Shown: piece by piece, positions 1-19,451 of the stretch | How the letters are laid out: every line of letters starts with the position of its first letter | Position numbering within the stretch: the stretch's first letter is position 1 | NCBI GenBank assembly: GCA_051362555.1 | Contig: CM120641.1 | Location: forward strand, 21,886,001 to 21,950,000 | Source of the DNA: Lingula anatina | Lineage: Eukaryota; Animalia; Brachiopoda | DNA: 64,000 bases | Reading direction: 5' to 3' | Made by a program: the position numbers and the translations under genes | Notes under the pieces: model-generated | What the model was told of the DNA's origin: nothing | Database searches by the model: none | The model's input: the letters and a program-made list of their open reading frames with translations, nothing else

Positions 1-2074
1 AGACACTTATCTGTGTTTATGGGACCTAACTGAGGACATTTTAAGACAGCCAATAGGCAGAAATCGTTCGGGGACGCACATGTCCCAGAATGCTTCGAGC
101 AATGCAATCAATCCACATGCAAATAAGGCCAACAGTGTGGGGTCTGCATACCTGACTACTAACTCCTTACCCAATACACCACTAATGGACGGGAACATAC
201 ACCCATCAGCAACAACAAATCTAACACAAAAGTTTGCGACATTAACTCTGGGTGATAGGAAAGATAAAGAAACACATCATGATAAGAAGGAACATAAAAG
301 GAATTTTAGCTTGGCAGGGCGGAGTGTAGATAAAGTTGGGCTTCTCAAAGCTAATCATGTCCGCCCTGTGGACGAGTCTGTGAAACTGCTGGGGACACCT
401 GCATGTCCAAGACTGGATGAGGTGCCACTATTGGAGCCACTAGTGTGTAAAAAAGTTGCTCATGAAAGATTGACTTCAGTGGGATTCCGAGAGGAATGCC
501 TTGTGACTGCATGTCAGGAAGGTTGTGTGTATACCTGGGCACGGCCAGGCAAAGTGGTAAGATAGGTCATGGTACCATCTGTATAACACACATTTCTCTA
601 ATCCACCACCTTACAAATGCACTTCATATACATTAAAACTGTGACTCTGATGCATATCAGAATACTTCTAAATCATAACTGCTATGGTGACAGAGGGGGT
701 TGAAATTGCAGATATTTGCAGAAAGGAAGTCTTCCTCTTTTCACTTTTCCTCTGTCCTCCCTTACCCAGTCACCATCAGTTAAAGCATTGAATAGTTGTC
801 ACACAAAAAGAAAACTGAAATACATTAATACATCATTTTATTACTTATGCCCTCTATTTTCTGCATGGACAATGAACACCAGATCAGAACATGGATATCA
901 AATTTTGATAATTATAGCTAATTATAGATCCTGAAAAAATGTACAGTTTGAAGAATTTGGAACCCATTTTCCATGCTTGACAGTCTGGTGTACTCTATCT
1001 CCTTCCACCCTCTCTCTCTCTCTCTCTCTCATTTTTTATCTCTCTTTTAACAAAGATGTAGCAGGATCTTAGAATCCTTCAGATTATAGCTTTATTTCTC
1101 TAAACTCACCAGTTGCAAATGGTAGCTGGAATGCAAATGTTTATTAACATGGCTGTTGGGATTGCGTAGTACAAAGGGGTAATCTTTTCTTTGATATTAC
1201 TAACTTGGACTGAGAATAATTTCTGTTGTTTATAGTGAGTAATAAAAATGGAAATTGTGTGTTGAGGGTGGGTGTGTTTGGGGGAAAAGGGTGCTCCAAG
1301 ATGGACTACTTTTAGATGATGTGATTTAGCCCAACTCCCCTAAAATAAATAAATAAATAAATAGATAAATAGCAAAAAAAGAAAATGTGAGAGTGTCAAC
1401 TTTCATGATTTCCTTGTATGTATGTTTGCGTATAGTAAGCTTTGTAAAAGTGTAATCAGGACAAGTACTCTTGTTTTGTTGATTTGAAAAGATGCCATAG
1501 GTAGAATTTTGCAACAGGAAATATTTTTGTGGGAACCCATTTGATAACAGTGTTATTTGAATGGTTTGAATTCTCAGGTTTCAAAACTAATTTTCATCCT
1601 ATCCTGGAATTAAGTGTTTCTGTTGTTTTTCCAAGATATTGGTTTTGTGTTGTTGGTCTTCAGTAATTACATGTTATCATTCAGTTCTGTTTGATTACCT
1701 GGTACAGTGTATGGCATTCAGTAGACAAGTTATGATACTAGTTAACAAGAGAATAGTAAACATATTACAGTGGCAATAAAAATAGGAAAATTTAAGATGA
1801 TCCTATTTGAGGGAGTATTCATAAAATATTCTGAGAGGAATGGATTTCATCAGAGGACCAAAAGTCTGAATTTTAATTTTTATCACATAACTAAATAAAG
1901 TGAAATACATCTATGCTGGCTCTCATGTGAGGTTTCCACCACCACCATGTGTGAACACTCTGATGCTGGTCCCATCTCTGCAGCATGCTGTAAACAGTTT
2001 TATTGTACTTCCAGGCCATGCCTCAACATACATCTGCCTTACCACGGGCCTCAGCTGGGGGAACAGTGGTCTAG
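1..2074 (+). CDS. WDR20: WD repeat-containing protein 20, 3' part (penultimate exon <1-556, terminal exon 2015-2074)
   Basis: The ORF contains the WDR20 C-terminal signature LLGTPACPRLDEVPLLEPLVCKKVAHERLT...REECLVTACQEGCVYTWARPGKV. Donor GTAAGA at 557. Acceptor ttccag at 2014 gives AMPQHTSALPRASAGGTVV*, resembling the vertebrate ...SGTVV end. Confidence 0.9.
1010..1030. repeat. (CT)n microsatellite
   Basis: Direct reading. Confidence 0.9.
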
Positions 2075-2992
2075 AGAAGGTACTGTTAGCCTTCTGGGGT
2101 GGTCTGCTGCTTATAGCTGTGCTTTGAATTTTGTTGTTTCTGAATCTTTGTGTTGGTACCCAGTCTGCCCTAACTGCACTCCTTTCTATGGCATGCACTT
2201 GCCCCTGCTTGGTGGTCTGTTCTTTCTCGCTTAGGGGCTGAAGCAGGTTCTCTCCATTGGCTGAATGGGGCTGGTGTAATTTGTCAAGTGTTATTGTGCA
2301 GCAACCAGTTGGATTAAGATTGGATATGTAAAGGAGCGATAACTTATTAAGGTGTTATTAATATTGTTCCCACGCCACAAGCTTGGAAAAGACCCCAGAT
2401 AGAACCCAAATTCTTTTGTGTATTTTTACCTTAATCAAGATCATTAGGCTCATGAAAATAGGGGATTTATTGGAAAAATTCTATTATGTGTTCCAAATTT
2501 TTGCATATTTCTTATAATTGTAATATTGGAGAACTAATCCCTACAAAATGGCAGTTATGTTTCATGTTAACTATGTGGTAGGGATCGCTCTGTGTGGAGT
2601 GTGTGTCTGCCTGACTTATTTGTATTGATTCTGAATAAGGTTGTAGAGATTCTAGTGCTCCAAACATCAGTCAGTCAATTGGTTTTTCAGCAGTTACTGT
2701 TCTGTAACAAATCTTGCTATATATGAGGGCTATTTTGCTTGAGCTTGAATTTTTTTTTGGATGTGATGATATCTCTTAATCAGTGATTCCCAGTTGTGAT
2801 TCAGTTTTTATTTTTATGCGGAAAGTCCATGCATTATTTTTCAAAGCATTTTCAACTGATAAATAGGGAAAGTTTTTTTTTAACATTTGTAATCCTATTA
2901 TCAATTCCATTTCTTGCTTTAAAAACTAGAGACACGCTTAGAAACATATTTTGATATGATGATTTTATTTTGATGCATTTGTTTAATTTCAG

Positions 2993-3040
2993 ATGCAAGC
3001 TTCAGATAGTTTGAACCAAGAGAATGAACCAGATTCATGA
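2993..3040 (+). CDS. WDR20: possible alternative terminal exon of WDR20 (MQASDSLNQENEPDS*)
   Basis: Strong acceptor tttaatttcag at 2992, phase-0 compatible with the donor at 557. No homology support. Confidence 0.3.
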   Translation: MQASDSLNQENEPDS

Positions 3041-3104
3041 CAACAAGAGAGAATGGCCTGAGACAGTTACTTCCTTAGTTCTTTCTGCACTGGTGAAAGT
3101 ATGT

Positions 3105-3385
3105 GGCAGACAGCTATCCCCTGTTCCTGGTGTTGTGGTGAACTTGTCGCAATCGGCAATAATCGGTTCTTGGCATTGTGGTATAGAGGAGGCACACTGT
3201 TGCAAACTGCAATGTTCAGTTCATGATCTAGTGGTGAAGTGGACGCAGTTTATGGCTGACAGCTATTCCCTGTTGTGTGATATGGTGGTGAACTGGATGC
3301 AGTATATGGCAGACAGCTATTCCCCAGTGCACGATATGGTGGTGAACATGTGGTGGCAGTATATGGCAGACAGCTATTCCCAGTA
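3105..3385. repeat. degenerate ~54-bp tandem repeat in the WDR20 3' region
   Basis: gtggtgaa recurs at 3231, 3285 and 3339, each followed by tatggc(t/a)gacagctattccc. A partial copy lies at ~3105-3145. Confidence 0.85.
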
Positions 3386-5639
3386 CATGTCATTTCTTCA
3401 GTAGCATAACGCTGATTACCCCACGTTTCAGCAGGCCTGTCCATGAGCTGTTGTTCACTGGTATTTCATGGTATTGATATTTCAGTTCCAAATTCCACAT
3501 TTTGATTAAGAGACTTCACTGTCTCATTTTGACCCAAAAGACTCGCTTGTTCCCAGCTTAAAGACTGATAAATGTCTTTAAACATTCTTGTGTGATGGAA
3601 ACTTCCTGGATATCATTCTTACCATAACACAGTCAGCCATTTCAGTCTTATAATTCAAAGTGAGATTGCTTGAATATCACTTATTTTGCTAGTCTATGAA
3701 GAATTGGGAATAAAGGTATGTAATAAAAGGTGTAGTGGTAAGATTTCTGTTATGTTGGGGTCTATTAGTTGTTTTGTGTAATAATTTCAGAGCATATGTT
3801 TACAGCAAAGGTCATGGTTTAAAAGTTTGGGGAGAGTAGTTAAAGTCAAGTCGGAAGGACTTACAGGTTTTATTTTATGCAAACAAGTTGCATGTTATGA
3901 TTATGTGTTTATTTCCCTATTCATGTGATTTGATAATACAAATTTGAGCAAATTAAAAAAAGTTATATATTAATTTTTTATATGTAACATATAATTGATC
4001 TTTTCAAGATACCAGACAATCCATATGTAATTTGTTTATGTTCAATTTAGGTATTCAGTCTACCACACATCATGTTCTGTAAAGAAAGCCATGGGGAGTG
4101 TAACTGGTCTGGGGAAAGATTCCAGGACCTTAAATATTAGGGTTCTTAATGCTCTGTTTGATATTAAAACATTGTCCTATGTAGAACTTATGGTATTTTG
4201 AAGTGTAATGAAGTTTTTCTAAGATTTTTTTCTGAAGGTGATACAGCCATCTTGTAGACTTTGTCTCTGCAACCAGCAGCTTTATTTGATGTAGTGCGTA
4301 TGCGAGCCTTCTTTTCATGTTAACAGCATAAGTTTCGTCAAATGATCATGTGTCATATTAGATCAAGTAGAGGCCAGAGTGTGTTGTTGAAATTTTAAGC
4401 TCCATTTTGCATATTTTATTTACTATGATAAATATATCAATGGAGGATTTTAAGTAATTTAACGGTTTGAATGTTTTCAGGGAAAATGCATAACAAAGCA
4501 TTTATTGCATGTAAGATTGATGAGAATATTTGAAGGTCAATTTTTTTGTTTCAATCTGTCGGTGTTTGAGCTATTTTCTATACAGTTTCCTATAATTAGT
4601 CACGTTAATTAGCATTTTAACATGAGCAGCATTGTGATTTAACAGCTGGCAACTTGCCCAACACAAAGTTGTCGGTAAAAAACAAATTCCAGTTGTAAAT
4701 AATGTAAAGATCTACTTTTCATCATTGAAGAGCTGGGAAGTTCCTGCTCATGTGATCATCTTAGAACATCTAAATAAAATCATGCCAAACAGATGTTTTT
4801 CTTTCTGCTTGAGACTGGTCTCACTTTTTGACTACTGTATCAGTATCTTTACCAACAGAAAATAAGGCAGGATATACCATACCAACAGTAATTAATGTTT
4901 TAATTTGGTGCACGGCAGTGGCTCAATCCTTTCAACCAAGAAAATTGAGAAATTTTCACTTTATTTTTGTAGTAATCAATAAAGTTAGGAAATTTCCATT
5001 GAATGGTAGCAACTCAATTGAAAAAGCAGATTACCTAGTAGCTCCATTCTTTACAGAAAAAGCACCAAAATGTAAGTAAAAACATTTTTAATGATTCCAG
5101 AATTACTTATCTGAGAAATTGACAATTTTTCCAAATTTAAATGAGATCCATTACTGTAGTCTCCTCCCCTCCCTCAAAATAAAAAGCCCCATCGTTAACC
5201 TGAAGACTACAAAGGAACAATAGCACATTAATTAATTTCTTATGCTTTATTTACAAATTTCTTCAAAAAGAGCAATTTGAAAAGTACTGACATATAATAT
5301 AAAATGCTTTATACAAAAAAAAAAAAAGTATAATGGTTGGTTTACACACGTGAACAGTAACAATTTGAACAAGTATATATAAGTAGTCTTATAAGCAGAG
5401 TCCAAATATGAACAGCAACACTTGGAATGCAATCCATGTAAACACTAGTTCTGTTGTGATAATCAAAAGATGCTCAAGCCATTTTTTTATCAGTCAACTG
5501 GCTAAATCATGACCATTTAATCTTTGGAATATTTGCAACAAAAACATTGAGATTGTCAATTAGCTGTTGACCATATGCATAATGTACAGTTCTCTGCTAC
5601 TGTCCATTGGGTTAAGTGCCTTAATCCCTGTCTGTACTT

Positions 5640-11468
<5,829 letters not shown>

Positions 11469-11482
11469 TTAGTAAAACGAAC

Positions 11483-11560
11483 CGTTAACGAACGAACAGT
11501 ACAACGCTACTTCTTCTCTTGTCGACCGCACGAGCACGAGGTAGGGGCCGTAACTATTGA
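11483..11560 (-). other. HSP90: non-coding first exon of HSP90 (start approximate)
   Basis: Donor G|GTTCGT at 11482; acceptor AG immediately precedes the ATG (11110-11109); TATA-like element at ~11583-11588. Confidence 0.6.
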
Positions 11561-11580
11561 AAAATCAATGAGCGTCATCC

Positions 11581-12010
11581 GCTATATAGCCTCGAAAGTA
11601 GTGCTGTAAATTTGCTCATCTTTTTGACAAATGGTTTTGAAGAGCACAATATATGTTTTAAAAGAAACAGAAAACTAAAACAAAAGTTTTTGAAAATTAA
11701 TATGAATTTTTGGTTATTTATTTGATTTTTGAAAATATAAAAAACTTTAGAACTATACCGGAAAGCGAATGTGCACACATGTGCACGTTGCCCTCTAGAA
11801 TGTTCCAGAATGTTCGACGGATGTGACGTCAAGTTTGGGAATCCCCCCCTTTGTAAGCAAGGCATGACGCTCTAGCCTCGATCTCGTTGTTTCATATATT
11901 GAATTATACTCTTCAACACGAGGCTCTGATGTGGTGAATACGAAAAAGAAAGTACCTTTACGTTCCGGTATGTTCCATTTCAAGTTCTAGTTCGTTGTTT
12001 CTAGAATGAA
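11581..12010 (-). promoter_or_regulatory. HSP90 promoter: TATA, perfect 4-unit heat shock element, CRE, NF-kB site
   Basis: TATATA at 11583-11588; HSE aGAAt-gTTCc-aGAAt-gTTCg at 11797-11816; TGACGTCA at 11824-11831; GGGAATCCCC at 11837-11846; a further TTCtaGAA at 11999-12006. Confidence 0.85.
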
Positions 12011-13495
12011 TAGCGAATCGAATATCTTTTGAATAGTTATTTGAGCGCTGAGTCACATTTGCTACCTGTTTGTTCTTTCATTTGAAGTTTCTAGACTGGT
12101 AATACATTTATGAAGAATATTTAAAAATCTCATTTCTTTGTTTTGGCAAAAATAAAAAAAATTAACTCGCTTGTCTTAAATTTGGATCGTGCACGTTACA
12201 TTTTGAGCATACATATTTGAATAAAAATTAAAATGCCTAAGAATACAGTTACTAACTTTTATCGGCAAGCAGTTTTTAATTCTTTGTAGGTGCACCTATA
12301 GTTTATAAAGAATTTTAAATACTACAGCCCATATATCAAAGTGAAAGGTGAAATGAATGTGTTCTAGTAGACTAGCTGTTCGTCAGTTTGTTGGTCATAG
12401 ATAAATTTGACATAACGAAACTTCAAAGAATTATTTTATTATCAGATAAGACAAAACTCCATAGAGTAGGTAACTGTAGTATTAAAAACTGGGTAACATA
12501 CAGTGGAAGATCTGGCACTGCCTCGATGCTTTTACCAAAGGTGCTACTGATATCAGAATGTTTATCTCACAATTTAGATTTAAATGTTGTTAAGTAGGTG
12601 ACTGAAAAAATAAAAAACACAATTTGAGCAATGTTTCACTCTTAAAATAAATAAATCAAAGACGAGTGCAGCTGCAACAGCCTTGTAATGATCACATAAA
12701 GGCACTCGAAAATTAAAGCGACTGTAACTGAGACTGTAAAATCATAGAAAAGAAGACAAATTTTAAAACATTTTCAATAATCACTCTTGAAAGGAAGGGT
12801 GGGTCAACCCATGTGGTTTTGACCCTGTCTGTCTTATTACCAAGCATTCGAGCTACAAAAGTGAATGTCTTTGGTTTCTACCCTTAGTATAAAACAGTGA
12901 TTTAACTTAATTTCAAATGCATAAAAGGTTTTTTTGTGATATCATTAATCATTCTATGCAAGACATATGAAATATTTATCAGTATCACAAAATGTTTTAC
13001 TAAAAGAGGGACCAACACTTCAATCAAATAAAATGATAAATACATAAATTGCACACAGGGTTTGAAGCAAATACCAGTTACTTAAATTGAAATATTATGC
13101 AGATATCTTTTGAACTTTTTGAAACTTAACAGAATGCAGCAGTTTAAAAAAATCTTATTTTACAAAAAATTATTTTATAATATAGTAAGTTATATCAATC
13201 AATAAATAAATATAAAAAACTAAATGTTGATCTGGGAAATGTTTTGCATATAGCAGTCTCCCTTAAAATGTATGAATAGGTTTCATTTTGATATGCTGTT
13301 GGTTTGCCTTTTGAAGGACGCCACAGTATATAAAGAAATAAAATATATAATTATTGAGGTAATTTGATTCTTTCAACATCTATTAGTTGGAGGACAACAA
13401 CTACCATTTGTTGGTAGGGGCAGAATTAGTACAAAAATCAGATGATAAACATCTTAAAATACAACTGCTTTTGGTATTTGAAATAAATTGACTTA

Positions 13496-13709
13496 GGCTC
13501 TATTCCCATAGATTTTAGATTGATCTATCCCCGCCGGGAGTCTCACTAGATTACTTTCAGATAATCCAACTTAAATGTCTGCCCGCCTACTACAAGCTGT
13601 AAGGGGGTAATTAACTTTCGTGTCCGCCCGGCTGACAGCTATTTAGCGTGAACCCCCAGGGAGTTAGGTCGATCTAAAGTAGGTCGATCTAATCTATGGA
13701 AATGGGGTG
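13496..13709. mobile_element. degenerate Harbinger/Tourist-like MITE
   Basis: Imperfect TIR ggctctattcccatagatt..agattgatcta vs taggtcgatctaatctatggaaatggggtg, flanked by TTA/TAA. Confidence 0.55.
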
Positions 13710-14472
13710 TAAAATACAAGTTGCAGACAACAAAGCTTATGCAACACTTCTTGGGCATCAGTATAAATGGCAACCTTCTTACAAGATATGAATATAATAG
13801 CAAAATTCATGGCAAAAAACTTTTGTTGCATTTTGTCTCAAAGCGTGATGGATCAAAGGAAAACCCAATGAATGTGCCTTCTCATTGTTTTTAGCTACTG
13901 GTACCTCCCCCTTTCTTCCCACTCGCTTAAAAATGAGCAAATAAGGGTTGACCTTTGTGCTGAGCAGTTCCATATAATTAAGGCAATGAAGGTTCTCTTG
14001 TATTTATACTGATTAGAATTTCTTTGTTCCTTGTAAGGCAGGCTTCACATTGTCATATTATGCAATATACATGCATGCTACCATAAGTAAAAAAGTGCTG
14101 AGAAAATCAATCATCAATATAATTATGCCAAGTATAAAGAAAGGCAAGACTCAATCTCTTTACAGAATATTATGATAAGATAATTAAACAGCAATGGACA
14201 GGTGCCCTGTGGTCAGGTGTTATGACATAATTTCACTATATGTCATTAGAGGACCTGTATTGCAATGACTGGCATTCTACTTGAGAAACACCCTAAAAGT
14301 TGACTTTTTCAATTAATTACAGATGTTCAGACTCTGTGTTCATTCAGACCAGTTACCACACTTGTTCACTTTTTGTTTTAGTTTAACTGATGAAATCAGG
14401 TTGAGGAAGGTCTGTTGGTAGGTTTATACCGGTACATCATCAATAAGCACCAAGGCATGTTTCTCCATTCTG

Positions 14473-17400
14473 TCATGAATCGAAGAAGTCATCCCTATTA
14501 TCCTGGTCATGGTGACTGCTGGAGGCAGGGGGACTCCTCATAAATGCATTGTCAAAACTGTCGGTGGTGCTAGCACTGTGAGGGTACACCTTCGGTGGGC
14601 CAACACGTTTTAAGGGACTAGTTCGACCAGAGTAGATTCTTTCATCTAAATCATCACTTCTGGTGTTATTGTCTCCATCCAGCCATGAGTCATCTGAAAT
14701 GTGAGGAATACACAGTGCTTAACACATCTTTCTATTCAAGATGTCATGTTCAAGAACAACGTTTTCCAATATTTTCCAGTTTTGACTGCATTGGTTCTAA
14801 GGATGTGCTAATGATAGGTAAAAAGCAAGATCTCATTGTCAGAACATAATGTTTTGAATGTAAGGCTAAAACCAATATTGTAGATATGAGGCTGTTTCTG
14901 TTACTTACTGTCATCTGCATTAAAAGCTTCGTCTTTTTCAACATCAAAATCAAGTTCTTCTGTGTTCATCTGTTGAAGTTTCAATGCCTAAATAATGACA
15001 AAGCAAGATATTAAACATTCTTTAAGATAATAAATTAAAAAGTTCTCTTTTATCACAGAGTATCACAAACTAGAGATTCAGAGAGGAATGGGTCACATCC
15101 TTGAAATGTACATGTATATACCCGCAGCTGAGCACAGTACGTATTAATTGATAATGTGGCAGTACAGTATTAATGCAAATATTTTATGACAGCATCCTGA
15201 TCTATTTGCCCACAAAAATCAGAAGGCAGACATCATACCAACCATGGGTACTGTAGACTGTGAAATTTGCTTATAATTATTGCATCTCAGTCAAATCAGC
15301 AATATTTTTCATCTGATTCAATACTTACAGACTATTAATATCAGACCCACATATTCAGAACTAGCAAGTGAATGAATCATGAGAACATTAGAAGGAAGTT
15401 TTAGTATTTACCCTCTCCCTTGCTTTCCTGGCTCGTTCTTCCCTTCTTTTCTGCTTTTCAATAATTTCTTGCTGCCTAACTTCTCTGTTTTTTCCTGCTG
15501 ACTTTTGCTGTTCCTCCATCTATCACAGAAATACCCAGACAAAATGTTTATAGTGTATTTAAACACAGATAATTGCATTGTAGTTCCTTTTGAGTCCTTT
15601 TGAACCAGCCCCAGCATTTTATGCAGTTAAGTTAGCAGTGATTACATATTTTAATCATATTGCAGTGCTATAGATATCTAGCTTTTTAGAGTATTTGATA
15701 CAGCGTAACATTAGTTATTGCACATTCTATCCTACCTGATTGTACTGCTGTTGCTGTCTTTCAAACTCCCTTGCTTGTATCAGCTCCCTTCTCCTCTTGG
15801 ATGACTTTCTAGAAGCTGTCTTCACTCTTTCCAATTCCTGCAATCCAAAAATTGCATTATTATCACATTTTGTCAATATTTTGTTTACAAATAGACACTC
15901 TGCTACCAGATACAATGGGTTTTATTTTGTTTAATAGAAAAATAAAAAACCTATAGTAAGTGTGGTAACAAAATTTAAAGCTGCAATACATTATGCTTTT
16001 TATTACTGTGTCACTTAGCCTAAGTTAATTACCTGTTCTCTTTTAATTTCTACTTGTTTCATTTTTTCCTCCAGCAATTCTGGTGTTAGTTTGGGTGCTG
16101 TGCTGAGAGGTTCCAACTTTTGGAAGCGTTTGGGAGCAGGCTTCTGGTTCAGGCCATTCTGCTCATCTAATGCAACATCAAATGCAATGGCCTTTGGAGT
16201 TTCTAGGGAGAAAATTAACAGAATAAAAGTAAATGAAAAAATAATTCACAGATACATCAACCACTAATAAAACAAGACGAACAATAATACAGATTTGTCT
16301 TTGTTTACTACAATTCTTACTAGTACATAAAAGAAATGAAGCAGGTATATATAACTGCATAAAAATAAGTGCATCAATTCTAAATCTTGAATGTCTAAAC
16401 AGTCTTGAAAGCTGATTAATTCATCAGAAACTGTTGCCATTTACTGTTTGTCAAAACATTGTTAATGTTTTCCTATATGTACCAGAGTACTACAACCTTT
16501 AAGTCACAACCTTCTTAATGTTGGCCTTGATCCCCAGACAAGCCACCAATTACATTATTGAATATTTGGAATAAATTATTGATTTTCTGTCACCTAATTG
16601 GCTTTCATGAGGGATCAACATGAGCACCACTCCATAGTGTTTGTTTGTGGCTGACTGGTGATAATATGCTCTTGTCTGAGGTTTGAAGCTACGAGTAGTA
16701 CAGGCTGACTTCATTGTAAATGATGCAGTTACTTATTTCTAATTTATTTGCCTAAATAAGTTGCAATTCAATATTCAAAAAGAAACTTTAAAACTTTGCT
16801 TGGTTCATATAGCCTACATGACTATCCTAAACAAGACTATGCACAATGGCATGATTCCCTAAAATGTTAAACATGCAAAAAAAAAAAAAATTTTTTCTGT
16901 TTTTTAAGATTAGCAAGTTTAATGCTACCAATATATATTATCTTTTCAAGAAAAGTGATTTTCTAAATGACAACAAATTCTGTTTGAACAATGGCTACAG
17001 ATCACAATCACAAAAACAATTTTTGACATTTCAAATCTTGGTCAAATTATCAATAACACTTTCTTTTTTTCCATTTCGTATTCAATCATTTTAATGTTTA
17101 AGATGATAGGCCATTTATACATTCTAAAGAAATGGCTTTTCAAAACAAACTTAAGTACAGTTATTAGCCAAGTGCTACTGATGGGGAGAAGGGCACAGTT
17201 TTAAAAAGTAAACAATAAATCCAATGCGCCAAACATTGGGAATGACTTTGCAGTTTACATTACACTTCTTATATCAAACATAACAGACTGGGAGAAGGCA
17301 ACCACAGGTCTACCAGCCAAATTTCATACTTACCATGTGTTTCTACTATAACCTCATGACGATTGCTATTGGATTCAGCAGAATGTGAAGGAGTCCTTAG

Positions 17401-17676
17401 GCTCTTTTTAACATCATTGTTTTTTATTAGTCCAGGAGAAACAGGAACAGGTGTGGAAGTCCGAACTGCTGCAGGTTTATCTTTCTGATCTTGATCCGCA
17501 TTCATCATCTCTTTTGTAACAGGTTCCTCATGATTCTCTTCATGACAGACTTGTCCATTTTGAATGTGACCATTCTGAATCTGCTTATTATTCTCTTTTT
17601 CCACATTATTATTATAAGGTTCTTTGCCTTCTAAAGTAGCTGAGGAGCCATTCCCTGTAGAGGAACCACAGCCCAT
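14473..17676 (-). CDS. stathmin-domain protein (STMND1/CCDC198-like) with an N-terminal acylation motif, 6 coding exons, ~340 aa
   Basis: Exons 17676-17334, 16202-16033, 15837-15736, 15519-15412, 14987-14909, 14693-14473 (1023 nt, phase-consistent). MGCGSS start; stathmin-like AIAFDV..PKRFQKL..LTPELLEEKMKQVEIKR..NREVRQQEIIEKQKRREERA; ends DDFFDS*. A 5'UTR exon probably ends at 19452. Confidence 0.75.
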
Positions 17677-18521
17677 TCTAGTATATCTGTTGAACCAAGG
17701 TCTTGCCACCAACCTGACTTGGTTTATCCAATAGCGACCACTCTGTTAGGCAACAGTGGATCAATTATGTAGTGGGAAACAGCAATTTTACAAATTGTGT
17801 ATTGATTTTGGTCTTGAATGGTCACCATGCACAGGTGCCAGTTCCAATAGACAGTTGACAACTTTGTCGTGTGCACTTGTTATCACCAACCTGAAATATG
17901 AAGTTGAGAAAGGTTAATAACTATTCAATTGGTAACAATAAACTGCATCAGCTCCAGTTCTGTAAACAAATACTCATCAATTAATAAGCTATGCAAATTT
18001 GACATTTATCAAGTTGTAAGTTTTAAGTGCCAATGCACTGATTAAGTGCTCTCAAGAAGAGCATCTTTCAGATACCGAAACTGGTGTAAATGCATGTAAT
18101 CTTCTTTATATGCCTGTATACATACAATATTGTGATTTTTGTTATTAAACAGATTGTTTGCTGATTTCAGTGAATGTAATGAATTACTTCCCAGCTAATA
18201 TTGCAGAAACAATGATTTTTGAAAATGTCAAATAAATTACTGTACAAATAATTAATCACACTGGTAGTTTTGCCACATTTATCATTTCATATTAATATTA
18301 ATATGTGAAAGAGACATACCAGTAGGTGGGAAAATGGAGGCTATCAAGCAATATCCATAATATAATATAAATCCATCATCTTCCGGTATACTCAGTACTT
18401 AGCAGATACTTGACACTGTCTTCACAACAGCTTCATTACCAACTGCATAATTTGCAATGTATTACTATCCCTTACATTAAATATTTACTTACAACTTGGT
18501 CATCACAAGTGTTATCTCTAA

Positions 18522-18706
18522 GGCTGCCTTCACAACAGTGGACTAACTAGTCTGCGGATCAAATATGGCTGACACACTTGAATGCTTGTTGCATAATCCC
18601 TGTCGGCAATCTATTCAGTTCCTATAAGAAGATTAGGCAGCAAGCTTTTAAGTGGGTATCCATATTTGATCCACCAACTAGTTAGTCCACTGTTGTGATT
18701 GCAGCC
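18522..18706. mobile_element. hairpin-type Harbinger/Tourist-like MITE
   Basis: Long inverted repeat ggctgc..tcacaacagtggactaactagt..ggatcaaatatgg / ccatatttgatcc..actagttagtccactgttgtga..gcagcc, with TAA duplication on both sides. Confidence 0.8.
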
Positions 18707-19451
18707 TAATTGGACATAAAATTATTCAGTCTAATTTCCCAGAGGCTGGCACTGAAAATTCACCATATGAGTCTACAGTGCCATGCTCAATAAGGATGTT
18801 TTTTACCTGAAGGCCACGAGTTAACAGTGAGAGTATGAGACCCACATTCCAAGTGATATACAAATTAAACTCATTTATGTTCTTACACAATCCTACTTTA
18901 GTATTAATCAAGGGTAAAATTTCATACCTTTTTTCTTTCATTGTAGCTGTACTGCTACTAGTGCTAGCCTTCTTACAGATATATATATATGAAAATGACT
19001 ATAAAGCAAAAGAAAAAAAAAATATATATATATATATATTTTTTCTTTTGCTTTCTTCTTCTCCTTACCCTATTTCCTCTGTTTAAATCATTGTAAGCTG
19101 AGGTATACCAATTTAATTGTCAATACTTAAATAGTAGCCTGATGTTTTAAATAGTGAAATTTGGCAACATAAACATAACGTTAGTTAGTTAGTTAGTTAC
19201 ACTGGAGTTATAACTGTTTGAACTTGGTTCCTTTAGTTAGCTACACGGGAGTTTTAAGTGCTTGTACTTTGTACGTATAAGTTTTTACTAACTTTACAAG
19301 TTCACTTCTTCAATTTATGAGTGGCCTCTTCTAGTAGTTTCAGTCTATTTGGTGTCTCGTAATCTAAAAATTCACTTAGAGTAACTCTTTGCTTACTTTA
19401 AAAATGCAACAAATCATCTCATCGAATAAAGTAAAGAGGTAATAAACTCAC

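Noticed and set aside
3024-3404. 126-aa ORF with repeated MADSYS
   Set aside because: A by-product of the 54-bp tandem repeat; no homology or convincing splice context.
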